Shown here piece after piece: positions 1-11,615 of a stretch of DNA of 64,000 nt (position 1 is the first letter of the stretch; the number at the start of each line of letters is the position of its first letter). The notes beneath the pieces were generated by a model. It saw nothing but the letters and a program-made list of their open reading frames with translations, was not told the DNA's origin and ran no database searches. A program made the position numbers and the translations under genes. Source of the stretch: Halioglobus sp. (GTDB lineage: Bacteria; Pseudomonadota; Gammaproteobacteria; Pseudomonadales; Halieaceae); NCBI GenBank assembly GCA_020443425.1, contig JAGRIE010000014.1, forward strand, positions 12,119 to 76,118, read 5' to 3'.

Positions 1-320
1 ACATGGCGGTCTCGCTGGTGGAGCACGAGCTGATCAAGACAACCTTGCCCAAAGCCAAGGAACTGCGCAGCTATGCTGAGCCGTTGATCACCCTGGCAAA
101 GAAAGACAGCGTCGCCAATCGTCGCCTGGCATTTGATCGCACCCGCGATGCAGCTGCTGTCGGCAAGCTGTTCAATGAATTGGGGCCGCGCTACCAGGAG
201 CGTCCCGGTGGTTATATCCGCATTCTCAAATGTGGCTTCCGCACCGGCGACAAAGCGCCTATGGCCTATGTCGAACTCGTTGATCGTCCGCAGCCCGAGG
301 TTGAAGACGACGAGGATTGA
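1..320 (+). CDS. rplQ: 50S ribosomal protein L17, 5'-truncated by the window edge
   Basis: [12 protein letters not shown]...[29 protein letters not shown] is the L17 core; about 23 N-terminal residues lie before position 1. Confidence 0.97.
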   Translation, partial: MAVSLVEHELIKTTLPKAKELRSYAEPLITLAKKDSVANRRLAFDRTRDAAAVGKLFNELGPRYQERPGGYIRILKCGFRTGDKAPMAYVELVDRPQPEVEDDED

Positions 321-351
321 TTGACAGCGCCGCGCCACGCGGATCGTTGAA

Positions 352-388
352 AGGCCCCCGGTATCGCCGGGGGCCTGTTTGTTTCCAG
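352..388 (+). terminator. Intrinsic terminator after rplQ (end of alpha operon)
   Basis: AGGCCCCCGG-tatcg-CCGGGGGCCT hairpin followed by GTTTGTTT. Confidence 0.8.
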
Positions 389-407
389 AGTCCCTGTTTG
401 TTCCCGC

Positions 408-3257
408 CTACGCGGCCTTTGAGCGGTTGCGTTTCTTCTTCAGCATCGGCGCCAGAAACTGGCCGGTATAGGAGCCCTTGGTTTTCGCCACTGCCTCCGG
501 TGTGCCTTTCGCTATGATCCTGCCGCCGCCACTGCCGCCCTCCGGGCCGAGATCCACAATCCAGTCTGCGGTTTTAATCACATCCAGGTTGTGCTCGATA
601 ATCACCACGGTGTTGCCGTGATCGCGCAGGCGGTGCAGCACTTCCAGCAGCTGCTTTATATCTTCAAAGTGCAGCCCCGTGGTCGGCTCATCCAGTATGT
701 ACAGGGTTTTGCCGGTGTCGCGCTTGGACAACTCGCGCGACAGCTTGACGCGCTGGGCCTCGCCACCGGACAGTGTGGTGGCGGCCTGGCCGAGGCGTAT
801 ATAGGACAGCCCGACATCTACCAGGGTCTGTAACTTGCGGGCGATTGCCGTTACCGGCTCGAAGAACACCAGTGCGTCCTCGACTGTCATGTCCAGCACC
901 TCGTGAATATTCTTGCCCTTGTAGCGCACCTCCAGCGTCTCGCGGTTGTAACGCTTGCCCTTGCAGATATCACAGGGCACATAGATATCCGGCAGGAAGT
1001 GCATCTCCACCTTGGTGACACCGTCGCCCTGGCAGGCCTCGCAGCGCCCGCCCTTGACGTTGAAGCTGAAGCGGCCGGGTTTATAGCCCCTGGAGCGCGC
1101 CTCCTGGGTGCCCGCAAACAGTTCGCGGACTGGCGTGAAGATCCCGGTGTAGGTGGCCGGATTGGAGCGCGGTGTGCGCCCGATCGGGCTCTGGTCGATA
1201 TCGATACATTTGTCGATCAGGTCCATACCGGTAATGGAGGTGAACGGTGCCGGGGTCAGCGTGGTGGCGCCGTTCAGATCCGTGGCCGCGATGGGGTAGA
1301 GGGTGCCGTTGATGAGGGAGGACTTGCCTGAGCCCGAGACCCCTGTGATGCAGGTCAGCAGCCCCAGCGGGATTTCCAGGTCCACTGACTGCAGGTTGTT
1401 GCCGCTGGCCCCTTTCAGCACCAGTTGCTGCTTCGGGTCGGGCGCTGTGCGCCGCGACGGAATGGCGATAGAGCGTTTGCCGGACAGGTAGTCCCCGGTT
1501 AGTGAGTCCTTGCTATCGAGGATATCCTGCAGCGACCCGGACGCGACCACCCGCCCGCCGTGGACGCCGGCGCCCGGCCCGATATCGATGATATGGTCAG
1601 CGCTGCGGATAGCGTCCTCGTCGTGCTCCACCACCAGGACCGTGTTGCCCAGGTCCCGGAGATGGGTCAGCGTCGCCAGCAGGCGTTCGTTGTCGCGCTG
1701 GTGCAGGCCAATCGAGGGTTCGTCGAGAATATACATCACGCCGACCAGCCCGGCGCCGATCTGCGATGCCAGCCGGATACGCTGTGCTTCGCCGCCCGAG
1801 AGCGTCTCGGCACTGCGGTTCAGCGACAGGTAATTCAGCCCCACATCCACCAGAAAGCGATAGCGTGCGCGCAGCTCCTTGAGTATCTTGCTGGCGATCT
1901 CGCCCTGCCGGCCCTTGAGTTTCAGGTTGTTGAAGTAGACTTCCGCGTCACCCACCGGCATCGCAGTAATGCTGGGGAGGTCGTAATCGTCTATGAAGAC
2001 GTGGCGGGCATCGCGTCGCAGGCGGGTGCCATCGCAGTCCGGGCAGGGCTGGGTGGCGAGGAATCGCGACAGGTCTTCGCGCACCGATTGCGACTCCGTA
2101 TCGCGATAGCGGCGTTCCATATTGGGTAGTATGCCCTCGAACGGATGTGTGCGCTTGAAGACATCGCCGCGGTCATTGATGTAGGAGAAGGCGATTTCCT
2201 GCTTGCCACTGCCGTGCAGGATGATGTCGCGGTGCTTTTTGCTCAACTCGTTGAACGGTGTGTCGATGTCGAAGCCGTAGTGTTCGGCCAGTGAGTTCAG
2301 CATGTGGAAGTAATAGACATTGCGTCGATCCCAGCCCCTGATGGCGCCCTCCGCCAGGCTCGATTCAGGGAACAGCACCAGCCGGTCCTCGTCAAAATAC
2401 TGTTTGACGCCCAGCCCGTCGCAGCCGCTGCAGGCACCCGCCGGGTTGTTGAAGGAGAACATCCTCGGCTCCAGTTCGTCGATACTGTGACCGCACTCCG
2501 GGCAAGCGAAACGCGCTGAGAAACTCATGTCGGGGGCGTCTTCGTCCATATAGCTGATGGCGGCCAGGCCATCGGTCAGCGACAGTGCGGTCTCAAAGGA
2601 TTCGGCCAGTCTGATGCCCAGGTCATCACGCACCTTTAAGCGGTCCACCACGACCTCGATTCGGTGTTTCCTTTTCTTGTCCAGCAGCGGCGCGTCGTCG
2701 AGGTCAGTGACGATGCCATCGATACGCGCGCGGACGAAGCCGCTGGCCCTGAGTTCTTCCAGTACGTGCAGGTGCTCGCCTTTGCGGTCGCGTATCACAG
2801 GTGCGAGCAGCATCAGTTTGGTGTCCTCCGGCAGGGCCAGCACCGCATCCACCATCTGGCTGACGGTCTGGGCCTGCAGATTCAGGCCGTGCTCCGGACA
2901 GCGGGGTTCGCCGACCCGCGCATACAGGAGCCGCAGGTAATCGTAGATCTCCGTGATCGTACCGACGGTGGACCGCGGGTTGTGTGAGGTCGATTTCTGC
3001 TCGATGGAGATGGCAGGCGATAGCCCCTCGATATGGTCCATATCGGGCTTTTCCATCAGCGACAGGAACTGCCTCGCATAGGTGGACAGGGATTCCACAT
3101 AGCGGCGTTGGCCCTCGGCGTACAGTGTGTCAAACGCGAGCGAGGACTTGCCGGAACCGGACAGGCCGGTGATGACCACCAGCTTGTCGCGCGGGATGTC
3201 GAGGTCGATATTCTTGAGGTTGTGGGTGCGTGCCCCGCGTACTTGGATGGTGTCCAT
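408..3257 (-). CDS. uvrA: Excinuclease ABC subunit A
   Basis: Starts [17 protein letters not shown] (ATG at 3257; the ORF-track extension to 3452 is spurious). Two Walker A motifs ([18 protein letters not shown]), LSGGEAQR signatures and Zn-finger Cys pairs. Confidence 0.98.
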   Translation of the reverse strand: MDTIQVRGARTHNLKNIDLDIPRDKLVVITGLSGSGKSSLAFDTLYAEGQRRYVESLSTYARQFLSLMEKPDMDHIEGLSPAISIEQKSTSHNPRSTVGTITEIYDYLRLLYARVGEPRCPEHGLNLQAQTVSQMVDAVLALPEDTKLMLLAPVIRDRKGEHLHVLEELRASGFVRARIDGIVTDLDDAPLLDKKRKHRIEVVVDRLKVRDDLGIRLAESFETALSLTDGLAAISYMDEDAPDMSFSARFACPECGHSIDELEPRMFSFNNPAGACSGCDGLGVKQYFDEDRLVLFPESSLAEGAIRGWDRRNVYYFHMLNSLAEHYGFDIDTPFNELSKKHRDIILHGSGKQEIAFSYINDRGDVFKRTHPFEGILPNMERRYRDTESQSVREDLSRFLATQPCPDCDGTRLRRDARHVFIDDYDLPSITAMPVGDAEVYFNNLKLKGRQGEIASKILKELRARYRFLVDVGLNYLSLNRSAETLSGGEAQRIRLASQIGAGLVGVMYILDEPSIGLHQRDNERLLATLTHLRDLGNTVLVVEHDEDAIRSADHIIDIGPGAGVHGGRVVASGSLQDILDSKDSLTGDYLSGKRSIAIPSRRTAPDPKQQLVLKGASGNNLQSVDLEIPLGLLTCITGVSGSGKSSLINGTLYPIAATDLNGATTLTPAPFTSITGMDLIDKCIDIDQSPIGRTPRSNPATYTGIFTPVRELFAGTQEARSRGYKPGRFSFNVKGGRCEACQGDGVTKVEMHFLPDIYVPCDICKGKRYNRETLEVRYKGKNIHEVLDMTVEDALVFFEPVTAIARKLQTLVDVGLSYIRLGQAATTLSGGEAQRVKLSRELSKRDTGKTLYILDEPTTGLHFEDIKQLLEVLHRLRDHGNTVVIIEHNLDVIKTADWIVDLGPEGGSGGGRIIAKGTPEAVAKTKGSYTGQFLAPMLKKKRNRSKAA

Positions 3258-3293
3258 AATGCCTCTGATGCGGCGTTGAAACCGAAACCAAAC

Positions 3294-3323
3294 AGTATAT
3301 GCCTTTAGCTGCTCAGGTGGCAA
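3294..3323 (-). promoter_or_regulatory. Putative sigma70 promoter of uvrA
   Basis: Minus strand TTGCCA-18 nt-TATACT, about 36 nt upstream of the ATG. Confidence 0.5.
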
Positions 3324-3450
3324 AGCCGCTGCTTTTATTTCATCCATTGGCCCTGTGCAGTGTCCCCGCCGTCGTGGAACTGGTACCATTCCCAGCTGTT
3401 TTTCCTGCCAATTTTCGGTGAAATAACCCTTCGTGATAACTGAAAACCCC

Positions 3451-4659
3451 ATGTCAGCACAGGAGCGTCGGTCGGTCGGTTCGCTGGCGCTGCTTTACTG
3501 TTTCAGGATGCTGGGCCTGTTCATGGTACTGCCACTGCTGGCGCTGTATGCAGCAGACCTGCCCGGTTCGACCCCGGCCCTGATCGGCCTCGCACTCGGC
3601 ATGTACGGCCTTACACAGGCGCTGTTGCAGATCCCGCTGGGCTGGCTGTCTGACCAGATCGGGCGCAAGCCGGTGATCATCGCCGGCCTGCTGATGTTTG
3701 CCCTCGGCAGTGTGATCGCGGCCCTGTCCGACTCGATAGGCGGGATCATACTGGGTCGCACGCTGCAGGGAGCTGGCGCCATCGCGAGTACCGTGATGGC
3801 GCTGGTGGCAGACCTGACGCGCGAGGAGCAGCGCACCAAGGCGATGGCGGCAGTGGGCATGAGTATTGGCCTGTCGTTCGCAGTGGCGCTGGTGCTGGGC
3901 CCTGTGGTGGCATCCTTCGGCGGGCTGCCGCTGGTGTTCTGGTTTACCGCCGTACTGGCGTTTGTCGGGATCGCCATCGTCGTGCTGCTGGTGCCTTCGC
4001 CGCCGCGAGGTGCCGCCATCGAGCATGCCGAAACCGGGCCCAGGCTGGGGCTGGTAGGCCGTGTGCTGGGTAATTCGGTGCTGCTGCGGCTCGATTTTGG
4101 TGTGTTCGTCCTGCATTTTATTCTCACCGCCAGTTTCCTGGTAGTTCCCGGGTTGCTGGAGCAGAGCTACGGCGTCGGTCGGGAGCAGCACTGGATGGTG
4201 TATCTCCCGGTGCTGCTGTTGTCGCTGCTGGGTATGGTGCCACTGATGATAGTGGCGGAGCGTGGCGGGCGCCTGCAGCAGATGTTCCTGCTGGGGATTG
4301 CGTTTGTGTTCGCTGCGATCGCCACTGTCGACTTCACGTCCAGCGCCATGCTGTTCTACGGGGGGCTGTGGCTGTTCTTTGTCGGATTCAACTATCTGGA
4401 GGCGACGCTGCCTTCGCTGCTCAGCAAGGCGGTGTCGGCCGACGGCAAGGGCACCGCGATGGGCGTCTACTCCACCTGCCAGTTCATGGGCGCATTTGCC
4501 GGCGGTGCCGGCGGCGGCTGGTTGTTACAGCATCTGGGTGAGACCACGCTGATTGTCGTGTGCCTGGCACTCGCTGCCGCCTGGTGGCTGGTGGTGTGGC
4601 GTGCGCCCCTGCCGAAACAGGCGAAGCCGGCCAGTTCCAGCCCGCTGGCGGGTGTATAG
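3451..4659 (+). CDS. MFS transporter (YajR-like, conserved between uvrA and ssb)
   Basis: About 12 hydrophobic segments; MFS motif [14 protein letters not shown]; typical uvrA-MFS-ssb synteny. Confidence 0.9.
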   Translation: MSAQERRSVGSLALLYCFRMLGLFMVLPLLALYAADLPGSTPALIGLALGMYGLTQALLQIPLGWLSDQIGRKPVIIAGLLMFALGSVIAALSDSIGGIILGRTLQGAGAIASTVMALVADLTREEQRTKAMAAVGMSIGLSFAVALVLGPVVASFGGLPLVFWFTAVLAFVGIAIVVLLVPSPPRGAAIEHAETGPRLGLVGRVLGNSVLLRLDFGVFVLHFILTASFLVVPGLLEQSYGVGREQHWMVYLPVLLLSLLGMVPLMIVAERGGRLQQMFLLGIAFVFAAIATVDFTSSAMLFYGGLWLFFVGFNYLEATLPSLLSKAVSADGKGTAMGVYSTCQFMGAFAGGAGGGWLLQHLGETTLIVVCLALAAAWWLVVWRAPLPKQAKPASSSPLAGV

Positions 4660-4799
4660 GCAGCATCGGCCCCGCGGTGAAAGCGCTGCCGGGCCAATTG
4701 ATGGACAATGGCCTGCGATGCTGTCGCATTTGCAGGAGTGGGTTGCTATAGTCAAATCCCAACCCGATATCGAAATTCTGGAATCAATGAGGAAAGTTT

Positions 4800-5306
4800 A
4801 TGGCCGCACGGGGTATTAACAAAGTCATCCTGGTAGGCAACCTGGGCAACGATCCGGAAATCCGGTATTCCCAGGGTGGTGCCGCTATAACGAATATTTC
4901 GATAGCGACCTCCGAGACCTGGAAAGACAAGCAGACCGGGCAGCCGCAGGAGCGGACCGAGTGGCACCGGGTGGTGTTTTTCAACCGCCTGGCGGAGATC
5001 GCGGGCGAATATCTGCGCAAGGGCTCCAAGGTCTATGTGGAGGGCAGCCTGCGCACGCGCAAGTGGCAGGATAAGGAAGGCGTGGACCGTTATTCCACCG
5101 AGATTGTGGCCAATGAGATGCAGATGCTGGATTCCCGCGGCGCTGGACAGGGCGCTGGCCCCCAGTCCCACGACGACTACGCGCAGAGCGCACCGCCGCG
5201 AGCCGCCGGGCCGTCCGGTGGTCCCTCTGGTGGCGCCCCGCAATCCGTTGGCAGCGGTGCCCCCGCGGGCGACTACGGTAATTTCGATGACGACATTCCG
5301 TTCTAA
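4800..5306 (+). CDS. ssb: Single-stranded DNA-binding protein
   Basis: [20 protein letters not shown]...TEWHRVV; Gly/Pro-rich linker; acidic tail DDDIPF. Confidence 0.98.
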   Translation: MAARGINKVILVGNLGNDPEIRYSQGGAAITNISIATSETWKDKQTGQPQERTEWHRVVFFNRLAEIAGEYLRKGSKVYVEGSLRTRKWQDKEGVDRYSTEIVANEMQMLDSRGAGQGAGPQSHDDYAQSAPPRAAGPSGGPSGGAPQSVGSGAPAGDYGNFDDDIPF

Positions 5307-5359
5307 AGGGGCATGCTACAAGTGATGGCACTGTAGGGTTCGGTGGTTGGAACGGCAGC

Positions 5360-6235
5360 GTGCGCGTACTCTTACTGGGATCTGATACACCTCTGGGCAT
5401 GGCGCTGCTGCAGCGTCAGGCGCTGCAGGGCCGTCATGACATAGTGCCGATGAGTCGGTCTGCCTGCCGCTGGAAGAGTGAGCGCCAGGCCAAGAAAGGT
5501 GTGTCCCGGGCCAAAAGCGATATCGTTGTGGACTTGCGCATTGAGGCCGCCGGCGATGGCGGTTTGCAGATTCAGGAACTCGATCTGCAGCGCTGTCGAT
5601 GGGTGGCCAAGAGCTGCCAGAGAACCGATACAGCCTATCTGTATATCTCAAGTTCCAGGGTGTTCTCCGGCCAGTTGGACCGCCCCTACGTGGAAACCGA
5701 TGCGCCCGACAACGAGGAGTCCGTGGGCCAGTTGTTGGCGCGCGCCGAGGAGACCGTGGCGGAGGCCTGTGCCAGGCACCTGATCCTGCGCTTCGGTCCC
5801 GTATTCTCGTACGAGGGAACAACGCTTATCACCCAGATGCTGGGTCCGATGCGGGACGGCGACAGCCTCATCCTGGACAATAACCTGCGCGGTTCACCGG
5901 TGGCCGCCGATGACGGTGCCCGGGTCATACTGGCCCTGCTGGATCAACTCGGCACCGGCCTTGAACCCTGGGGTACCTATCACTACGGCAGTGCCGATAC
6001 CGCCACTTACTATGAATTCGCGGAGGCACTGCTCGCCGCGGCGTCACAGTTCTCCGATTTCGGCTCTTCGGCGGTGCAACTGGAGCGCGAGTCCGAAGGG
6101 CTGCCGCCCTTGAGCCGGACACTGAACTGCACCAAGATCCGCAATACCTTTGCGATTCGGCAGGTGCCCTGGCGCAGCGCGATCGGCGATCTGGTGAAAC
6201 ACTATTATGAACAGGAGCAGGCCAGGCATGACTAG
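5360..6235 (+). CDS. RmlD-like (dTDP-4-dehydrorhamnose reductase family) NAD(P)-binding protein with a degenerate dinucleotide motif
   Basis: RVLLLGSDTPLG, ISSSRVFSG..DRPYVETD, GTYHYG; commonly follows ssb in Pseudomonadales and Cellvibrionales. Confidence 0.75.
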   Translation: MRVLLLGSDTPLGMALLQRQALQGRHDIVPMSRSACRWKSERQAKKGVSRAKSDIVVDLRIEAAGDGGLQIQELDLQRCRWVAKSCQRTDTAYLYISSSRVFSGQLDRPYVETDAPDNEESVGQLLARAEETVAEACARHLILRFGPVFSYEGTTLITQMLGPMRDGDSLILDNNLRGSPVAADDGARVILALLDQLGTGLEPWGTYHYGSADTATYYEFAEALLAAASQFSDFGSSAVQLERESEGLPPLSRTLNCTKIRNTFAIRQVPWRSAIGDLVKHYYEQEQARHD

Positions 6236-6758
6236 TATGGATGACGGTGGCGGTCGGCGGTTGTCGATAGCCGTCCTGACGGTGTCAGATACCCGAACCC
6301 GCGACAATGATACATCCGGCGATTATCTGGAGGAGGCGCTGCAGGCCCAGGGGCACTGCACCGCCGCGCGCGAGATCGTGCGGGATGATATCTACCAGAT
6401 TCGCGCGACACTGTCCCGCTGGATAGCTGATCGCAGCGTTGATGCTGTGCTGGTCACCGGTGGCACCGGGTTCTCCGGGCGCGATTCTACACCCGAAGCA
6501 GTGCGGCCGCTGTTCGACAAGGAGATTGACGGCTTTGGCGAGGTGTTTCGCGCGCTGTCTTTCACGGAGATCGGCTCGTCCACCATCCAGTCCCGGGCGA
6601 TAGCGGGGTTTGCCAACAATACCGTGGTGTTTTGCATGCCCGGCTCGACGGGCGCCTGTAAAACCGCCTGGAACGGCATTATCTGTGAACAGCTGAATGG
6701 CGACCACCGCCCCTGTAACTTCGTCGGTGTACTCGGGGTGCGGGAAGCGAGCGAGTGA
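6228..6758 (+). CDS. moaB: Molybdenum cofactor biosynthesis protein B
   Basis: IAVLTVSDTRT...DTSG, VTGGTGFSGRDSTPEA, IQSRA, FCMPGSTGAC. Start is 6228 or 6237. Confidence 0.93.
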   Translation: MTSMDDGGGRRLSIAVLTVSDTRTRDNDTSGDYLEEALQAQGHCTAAREIVRDDIYQIRATLSRWIADRSVDAVLVTGGTGFSGRDSTPEAVRPLFDKEIDGFGEVFRALSFTEIGSSTIQSRAIAGFANNTVVFCMPGSTGACKTAWNGIICEQLNGDHRPCNFVGVLGVREASE

Positions 6759-7957
6759 GCCTGCTGCCGGTTGCTGAAGCGCTGTCGCGTGTGCTCGCGG
6801 GCGCCCGCCCTGTTACGGAAACCCTCGATGTACCGCTGCTGGACGCGCTTGGCCTGGTATTGGCGCGCGATGTCATCTCCACCATCGACGTCCCCCCGAT
6901 GGACAACAGTGCCATGGACGGTTACGCGCTGCGTGCCGCTGAGGCCGGCCAGCCGCTGCCGGTGAGCCAGCGTATTCCCGCCGGCGCGGTGGGTGCGCCG
7001 TTGGCGCCGGTATCAGCGGCGCGCATTTTTACCGGCGCACCGGTTCCTGAAGGCGCCGATGCGGTCGTGATGCAGGAAAACTGTACCGAGGAGTCCGGTA
7101 CGGTGTCCGTGACCGGGGATGTCCATGCGGGACAGAATATTCGCCCGCGCGGTCAGGATATCGCGGCCGGGGAGACCGTGTTGCCCGCCGGCCGGGTGCT
7201 GCGCCCCCAGGACATGGGGTTGCTCGCCTCGGTGGGTTGCGACACCGTCACCGTCGTCCGGCCGCTGCGGGTCGCTGTGCTCTCTACCGGTGATGAGTTG
7301 GCCGAGCCGGGCACTGATGCGCTGCGTGAAGGCGGTATTTACAATTCCAACCGCTACACGCTGGCCGGGCTGTTGCGTGCGTTGAATATGGAGTTTGTCG
7401 ACTGCGGCATCGTCGCCGATACTGCGGAGGCGACCGCGCAGGCACTGCTCGATGCCGCCGCTCGCGCCGACTGTGTGATCACCACGGGTGGTGTGTCGGT
7501 CGGCGAGGAGGATCATGTCAAGGCGCAGGTCGAGCGGCTCGGTCGGCTCGATCTCTGGAAGCTCGCAATCAAGCCGGGCAAACCGCTGGCGTTCGGCAGT
7601 ATCGGCAACACCGCATTTATTGGCCTGCCCGGCAACCCCACGTCCGTGTTTGTTACTTTCTGCCTGGTAGCGCGCCCTTTTCTGCGCGCAATGCAGGGTG
7701 TGGTCGAGCCCGCGCCGGCGCCCCTTCACGCCCGCGCGGCCTTTGCGGTAGCGCGGGCCGGCAGCCGTCAGGAGTATTTGCGAGTGACGCTGGAGAACAC
7801 CGCGCAGGGGCTGGCTGCCTGCCGCTACGACAACCAGAGCTCCGGCGTTCTCAGTTCGGTGAGTCACAGCAATGCCCTGGCTATTATTCCCGCTGGAACA
7901 ACGGTCGATCCGGGTGATGCTGTGGAGGTGCTGTTGCTGGACGCCCTGACGCGGTAA
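6755..7957 (+). CDS. moeA: Molybdopterin molybdenumtransferase
   Basis: DNSAMDGYA, RIFTGAPVPEGADAVVMQE, STGDEL, TTGGVSVGEEDHVK, GLPGNPTS. Confidence 0.96.
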   Translation: MSLLPVAEALSRVLAGARPVTETLDVPLLDALGLVLARDVISTIDVPPMDNSAMDGYALRAAEAGQPLPVSQRIPAGAVGAPLAPVSAARIFTGAPVPEGADAVVMQENCTEESGTVSVTGDVHAGQNIRPRGQDIAAGETVLPAGRVLRPQDMGLLASVGCDTVTVVRPLRVAVLSTGDELAEPGTDALREGGIYNSNRYTLAGLLRALNMEFVDCGIVADTAEATAQALLDAAARADCVITTGGVSVGEEDHVKAQVERLGRLDLWKLAIKPGKPLAFGSIGNTAFIGLPGNPTSVFVTFCLVARPFLRAMQGVVEPAPAPLHARAAFAVARAGSRQEYLRVTLENTAQGLAACRYDNQSSGVLSSVSHSNALAIIPAGTTVDPGDAVEVLLLDALTR

Positions 7958-7982
7958 CCCGCGTCAGGCCGTGGCAGCGGCG

Positions 7983-9209
7983 TTATTCAGCGTATTTCTG
8001 GAATACCAGTGAAGCATTGGTGCCGCCGAAGCCGAAACTGTTGGACATGACCCGTTGCAAATCGACGTTTTCCTGGCGCTCCAGTGCGATCGGGAGTCCG
8101 GCAGCTTCAGGATCCAGCTCTTCAATATTGGCAGAGGCCGCGATAAAGCCACGCTGCTGCATCAGTAGCGAATAGATGGCCTCCTGCACGCCGGCAGCGC
8201 CCAGCGAGTGTCCGGACAGCGACTTGGTCGACCCCACCACCGGGATTGCCGCCTGATCCTCATAGACAGCGCGCACGGCTTTCAGCTCCTGAATGTCGCC
8301 GGCGGGAGTACTGGTACCGTGCGCATTGATATAGTCGACCGCGCCGGTGACCGTGCTCAACGCCTGCTGCATGCAGCGGATAGCGCCTTCACCGGAGGGT
8401 GCGACCATATCGTAGCCATCGGAGGTGGCGCCATAGCCGACCAGTTCTGCATAGATTTTTGCGCCTCTGGCCCTGGCGTGTTCCAGTTCCTCAACCACCA
8501 GCATGCCGCCGCCCCCGGCGATAACAAAGCCATCGCGGTTGGCATCATAGGCGCGCGACGCGCGCTCCGGCGTGTCGTTGTATTTGGTCGAGAGCGCACC
8601 CATGGCATCGAACAGGCAGCTGAGCGTCCAGTGCAGTTCCTCGCCGCCACCGGCGAATACCACATCCTGCTTGCCCAACTGTATCTGTTCCATCGCGTTG
8701 CCGATACAGTGGGCGCTGGTGGAGCAGGCCGATGAGATGGAGTAGTTCACCCCTTTGATTTTGAACGGCGTGGCGAGACAGGCGGATACGGTGCTGCCCA
8801 TGGTCTGGGTGACGCGGTACGGGCCCACGCGGCGCAGGCCGCGCTCGCGCAGGATATCGCAGGCCTCGACCTGGTTCGAGGAGGAGGCTCCACCCGAGCC
8901 GGCGATGATTCCCGTGCGGACATTGGAGACCTCAGAGGGCGACAGTCCGGCATCATCGATCGCCTGCTGCATGGCGATGTAGGCATAGGCCGCCGCGTCT
9001 CCCATGAAGCGCAGCTGCTTGCGATCAATATGCGCTGCGATATCGATCTCCGGTGCGCCGGAGACATGCGAGCGCATGCCGGCATCGATCTGTTCCTGGC
9101 TGCGACGGATACCCGAGCGACCGTGAAAGAGAGATTCTGCAACCGTCTCGGCGTCGTTACCGAGGCAAGAGACGATGCCCAGTCCTGTGATGACTACTCT
9201 TTTTCCCAT
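7983..9209 (-). CDS. fabB: 3-oxoacyl-ACP synthase I
   Basis: [10 protein letters not shown] (catalytic Cys), [27 protein letters not shown]; directly downstream of fabA. Confidence 0.96.
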   Translation of the reverse strand: MGKRVVITGLGIVSCLGNDAETVAESLFHGRSGIRRSQEQIDAGMRSHVSGAPEIDIAAHIDRKQLRFMGDAAAYAYIAMQQAIDDAGLSPSEVSNVRTGIIAGSGGASSSNQVEACDILRERGLRRVGPYRVTQTMGSTVSACLATPFKIKGVNYSISSACSTSAHCIGNAMEQIQLGKQDVVFAGGGEELHWTLSCLFDAMGALSTKYNDTPERASRAYDANRDGFVIAGGGGMLVVEELEHARARGAKIYAELVGYGATSDGYDMVAPSGEGAIRCMQQALSTVTGAVDYINAHGTSTPAGDIQELKAVRAVYEDQAAIPVVGSTKSLSGHSLGAAGVQEAIYSLLMQQRGFIAASANIEELDPEAAGLPIALERQENVDLQRVMSNSFGFGGTNASLVFQKYAE

Positions 9210-9213
9210 GGGG

Positions 9214-9729
9214 TTAGAATGACTCCGTTGTTTTGAATAGACCGACTCTCAGGTCCTTGGCGACGTAAATTTCCGTGCCGTCGACAGACAGGCTGCCATC
9301 GGCTATGCCCATAATCAATTTGCGCTCGATCACGCGTTTCACATTGATGTTATAGACGACTTTGGTCGCGCTGGGCAGTATCTGGCCGCTGAATTTTACT
9401 TCGCCGCAGCCCAGTGCGCGACCGCGACCAGGGTTGCCGCGCCAGCCCAGGAAAAACCCGACGAGTTGCCACATGGCATCGAGGCCCAGACACCCCGGCA
9501 TGACCGGGTCGCCCGGGAAGTGACATTCAAAAAACCACAGTTCAGGATTGATATCCAGTTCCGCTACGATCTCGCCTTTGCCATAGCCACCGCCCTCTGA
9601 ACTGATATGCGCTATGCGATCTATCATCAGCATTTTGTCGGTGGGCAGTTGTGCGTTGCCGGGGCCGAACAGTTCGCCATTGCCACATGCGATCAGTTCT
9701 TCCTTGCTGTATGTGCTTTTGCCGATCAT
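9214..9729 (-). CDS. fabA: 3-hydroxydecanoyl-ACP dehydratase/isomerase
   Basis: [38 protein letters not shown]. Confidence 0.97.
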   Translation of the reverse strand: MIGKSTYSKEELIACGNGELFGPGNAQLPTDKMLMIDRIAHISSEGGGYGKGEIVAELDINPELWFFECHFPGDPVMPGCLGLDAMWQLVGFFLGWRGNPGRGRALGCGEVKFSGQILPSATKVVYNINVKRVIERKLIMGIADGSLSVDGTEIYVAKDLRVGLFKTTESF

Positions 9730-10178
9730 AGGAGTTCCAGTGTGGTTGGATTGGGGCGCTCATGCGCCGGACAGCGTGTCGCAATGTTATGTCAGTCACG
9801 ACCGAGACGGTGGGGAGCGTTGGCGCTCCCATTTTAATTGCTGGTGTAAACAAGTCCAGTAGTTTGAACTAATTTACAGTGCGTGTGCCCTGCTGCTGAT
9901 AAACGTGATGCGGCGATGACCTGCTTGTCATTGCAGTGTCATCCTCGACGGCTATAAATCGGGAGGGCCGGACCAGGGTTTCCGTGCTGCGGACGGCACG
10001 CCTCGGCATCCGGGCTGTCACTGTGAACGGTGCGCTGCGTCACGTTTGCAGCCCATTCAGAATGGCTTTTGCTGGCCAAGAATGCAGCCATCAGATACCA
10101 TGTGAGAAGCTATACTCCCGCCTTGGGGCGTTGCAGAACCCTAACAATTCAAACTATTTTGGCGATCTACAGGGGATA

Positions 10179-11591
10179 ATGATGTTAACACCAGTTCTTC
10201 TTTCAGGAGGCGTCGGCAGCCGGCTGTGGCCCGTTTCCCGGGAGACTCATCCCAAGCAGTTCCTGCCGCTGGTGGGTGAGATTACCATGCTGCAGGAAAC
10301 CTTGCGTCGCACCACCGGGCTGGAAGCGGCCGCGCCGCTGGTGGTGTGTAACGAGGAGCATCGGTTTATGGTGGCAGAGCAGTTGCGCCAGTTGGATGTG
10401 CACTCCGGCGCGCTGATTCTGGAACCCCAGGGCCGCAATACGGCACCGGCGGTTGCGCTGGCGGCGCTGCACGCTGTCACTTCTGATCCCGAGGCGGTGC
10501 TGCTGGTGCTGCCGGCTGATCACCTTATCAAGGATGTGGATGCTTTTGTTGCCGCTGTCGGCAAGGCGATGCCGCTGGCCAGCCAGGGACGCCTGATGAC
10601 ATTTGGTGTGGTGCCAACCGCCCCGGAAACGGGGTACGGCTACATAAAATGCGGCGCCGCACTGGCGGATGACCTTTTCGAACTGGAGCGCTTTGTCGAA
10701 AAGCCGGATGCGCAGACTGCGCAGGAATACCTCGACAGTGGCGGCTATCTCTGGAACAGCGGAATGTTCCTGCTGCGTGCGAAAACGTTTCTTGAGGAAC
10801 TGGCTACACTGGCCCCTGATATGCTGACGTGTTGCCAGCAGGCCATGCAGTCCGCCACCATCGATTCCTCGTTCGTGCGTCCCGACCCCGAGACGTTCCT
10901 GCGCTGTCCGAGTGATAGCATCGATTACGCGGTGATGGAGAAGACCCGTGCCGGCGGTGTGATTTCCCTCGACTGCGGCTGGAGTGATGTCGGTGCATGG
11001 TCCGCCCTGTGGGAGGTAGGAGAGCGCGATGCGGACGGCAATGTCACGCGCGGCGATGTTATCGCTGATAACTGCCGCGGGAGTTACTTCCGCAGTGATT
11101 CGCGGCTGATAGCCGCCACCGGTGTGGACAACCTGGTGGTGGTGGAGACGACCGATGCGATTCTCGTCGCCGACCGTGAGAAAGTGCAGGATGTGAAGCG
11201 TATCGTGACGCTGCTCAAATCGCAGCAGCGAACGGAGGCCTCACTGCACCGGCGTGTCGATCGCCCGTGGGGGTCATACGAGTCGCTGGTGTCCTCCGAG
11301 CGATTCCAGGTCAAGCGCATTGTGGTCGGGCCCGGGCAGAGGTTGTCGCTGCAGATGCATCACCATCGGGCGGAGCACTGGATTGTGGTCAAAGGCACCG
11401 CTGAGGTGACCTGTGAGGACAAAGTGTTTATGCTCGCAGAAGATGAATCCACTTACATACCCCTGGGCCATAAACACCGATTGGCAAACCCGGGTCATAT
11501 TCCGCTGGAAATCATCGAAGTCCAGTCCGGTGCCTACCTGGGCGAGGACGACATCGTGCGGTTTGAAGATGTGTACGGCCGCAGTCAGTAA
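10179..11591 (+). CDS. manC: Mannose-1-phosphate guanylyltransferase / mannose-6-phosphate isomerase
   Basis: PVLLSGGVGSRLWPVSRETHPKQF, RNTAPA, FVEKP, C-terminal cupin RPWGSY...LSLQMHHHRAEHW. Start is 10179 or 10182. Confidence 0.95.
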   Translation: MMLTPVLLSGGVGSRLWPVSRETHPKQFLPLVGEITMLQETLRRTTGLEAAAPLVVCNEEHRFMVAEQLRQLDVHSGALILEPQGRNTAPAVALAALHAVTSDPEAVLLVLPADHLIKDVDAFVAAVGKAMPLASQGRLMTFGVVPTAPETGYGYIKCGAALADDLFELERFVEKPDAQTAQEYLDSGGYLWNSGMFLLRAKTFLEELATLAPDMLTCCQQAMQSATIDSSFVRPDPETFLRCPSDSIDYAVMEKTRAGGVISLDCGWSDVGAWSALWEVGERDADGNVTRGDVIADNCRGSYFRSDSRLIAATGVDNLVVVETTDAILVADREKVQDVKRIVTLLKSQQRTEASLHRRVDRPWGSYESLVSSERFQVKRIVVGPGQRLSLQMHHHRAEHWIVVKGTAEVTCEDKVFMLAEDESTYIPLGHKHRLANPGHIPLEIIEVQSGAYLGEDDIVRFEDVYGRSQ

Positions 11592-11615
11592 TCGGAGCCT
11601 GATACCCGTTGGAGA

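Noticed and set aside
3280-3299. Possible LexA (SOS) box upstream of uvrA
   Set aside because: Only one half-site (TACTGT on the minus strand); the 16-mer reads CTGTTTGGTTTCGGTT with no CAG arm. It is better explained as the -10 box.
3258-3452. 65-aa N-terminal extension of UvrA in the ORF track (similar extensions for manC, ALDH, nnrS, ABC1 copy 1, the RR and the DUF4412-like gene)
   Set aside because: Family homology and RBS positions begin at downstream starts; the extensions run through promoters or neighbouring genes.
9845-9878. TAGTT-TG-AACTA palindrome and TGTAAA...TTTACA upstream of fabA
   Set aside because: The two dyads are not concentric and do not match the FabR or DesT sites I recall. 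Short AT-rich symmetry is common in promoters.
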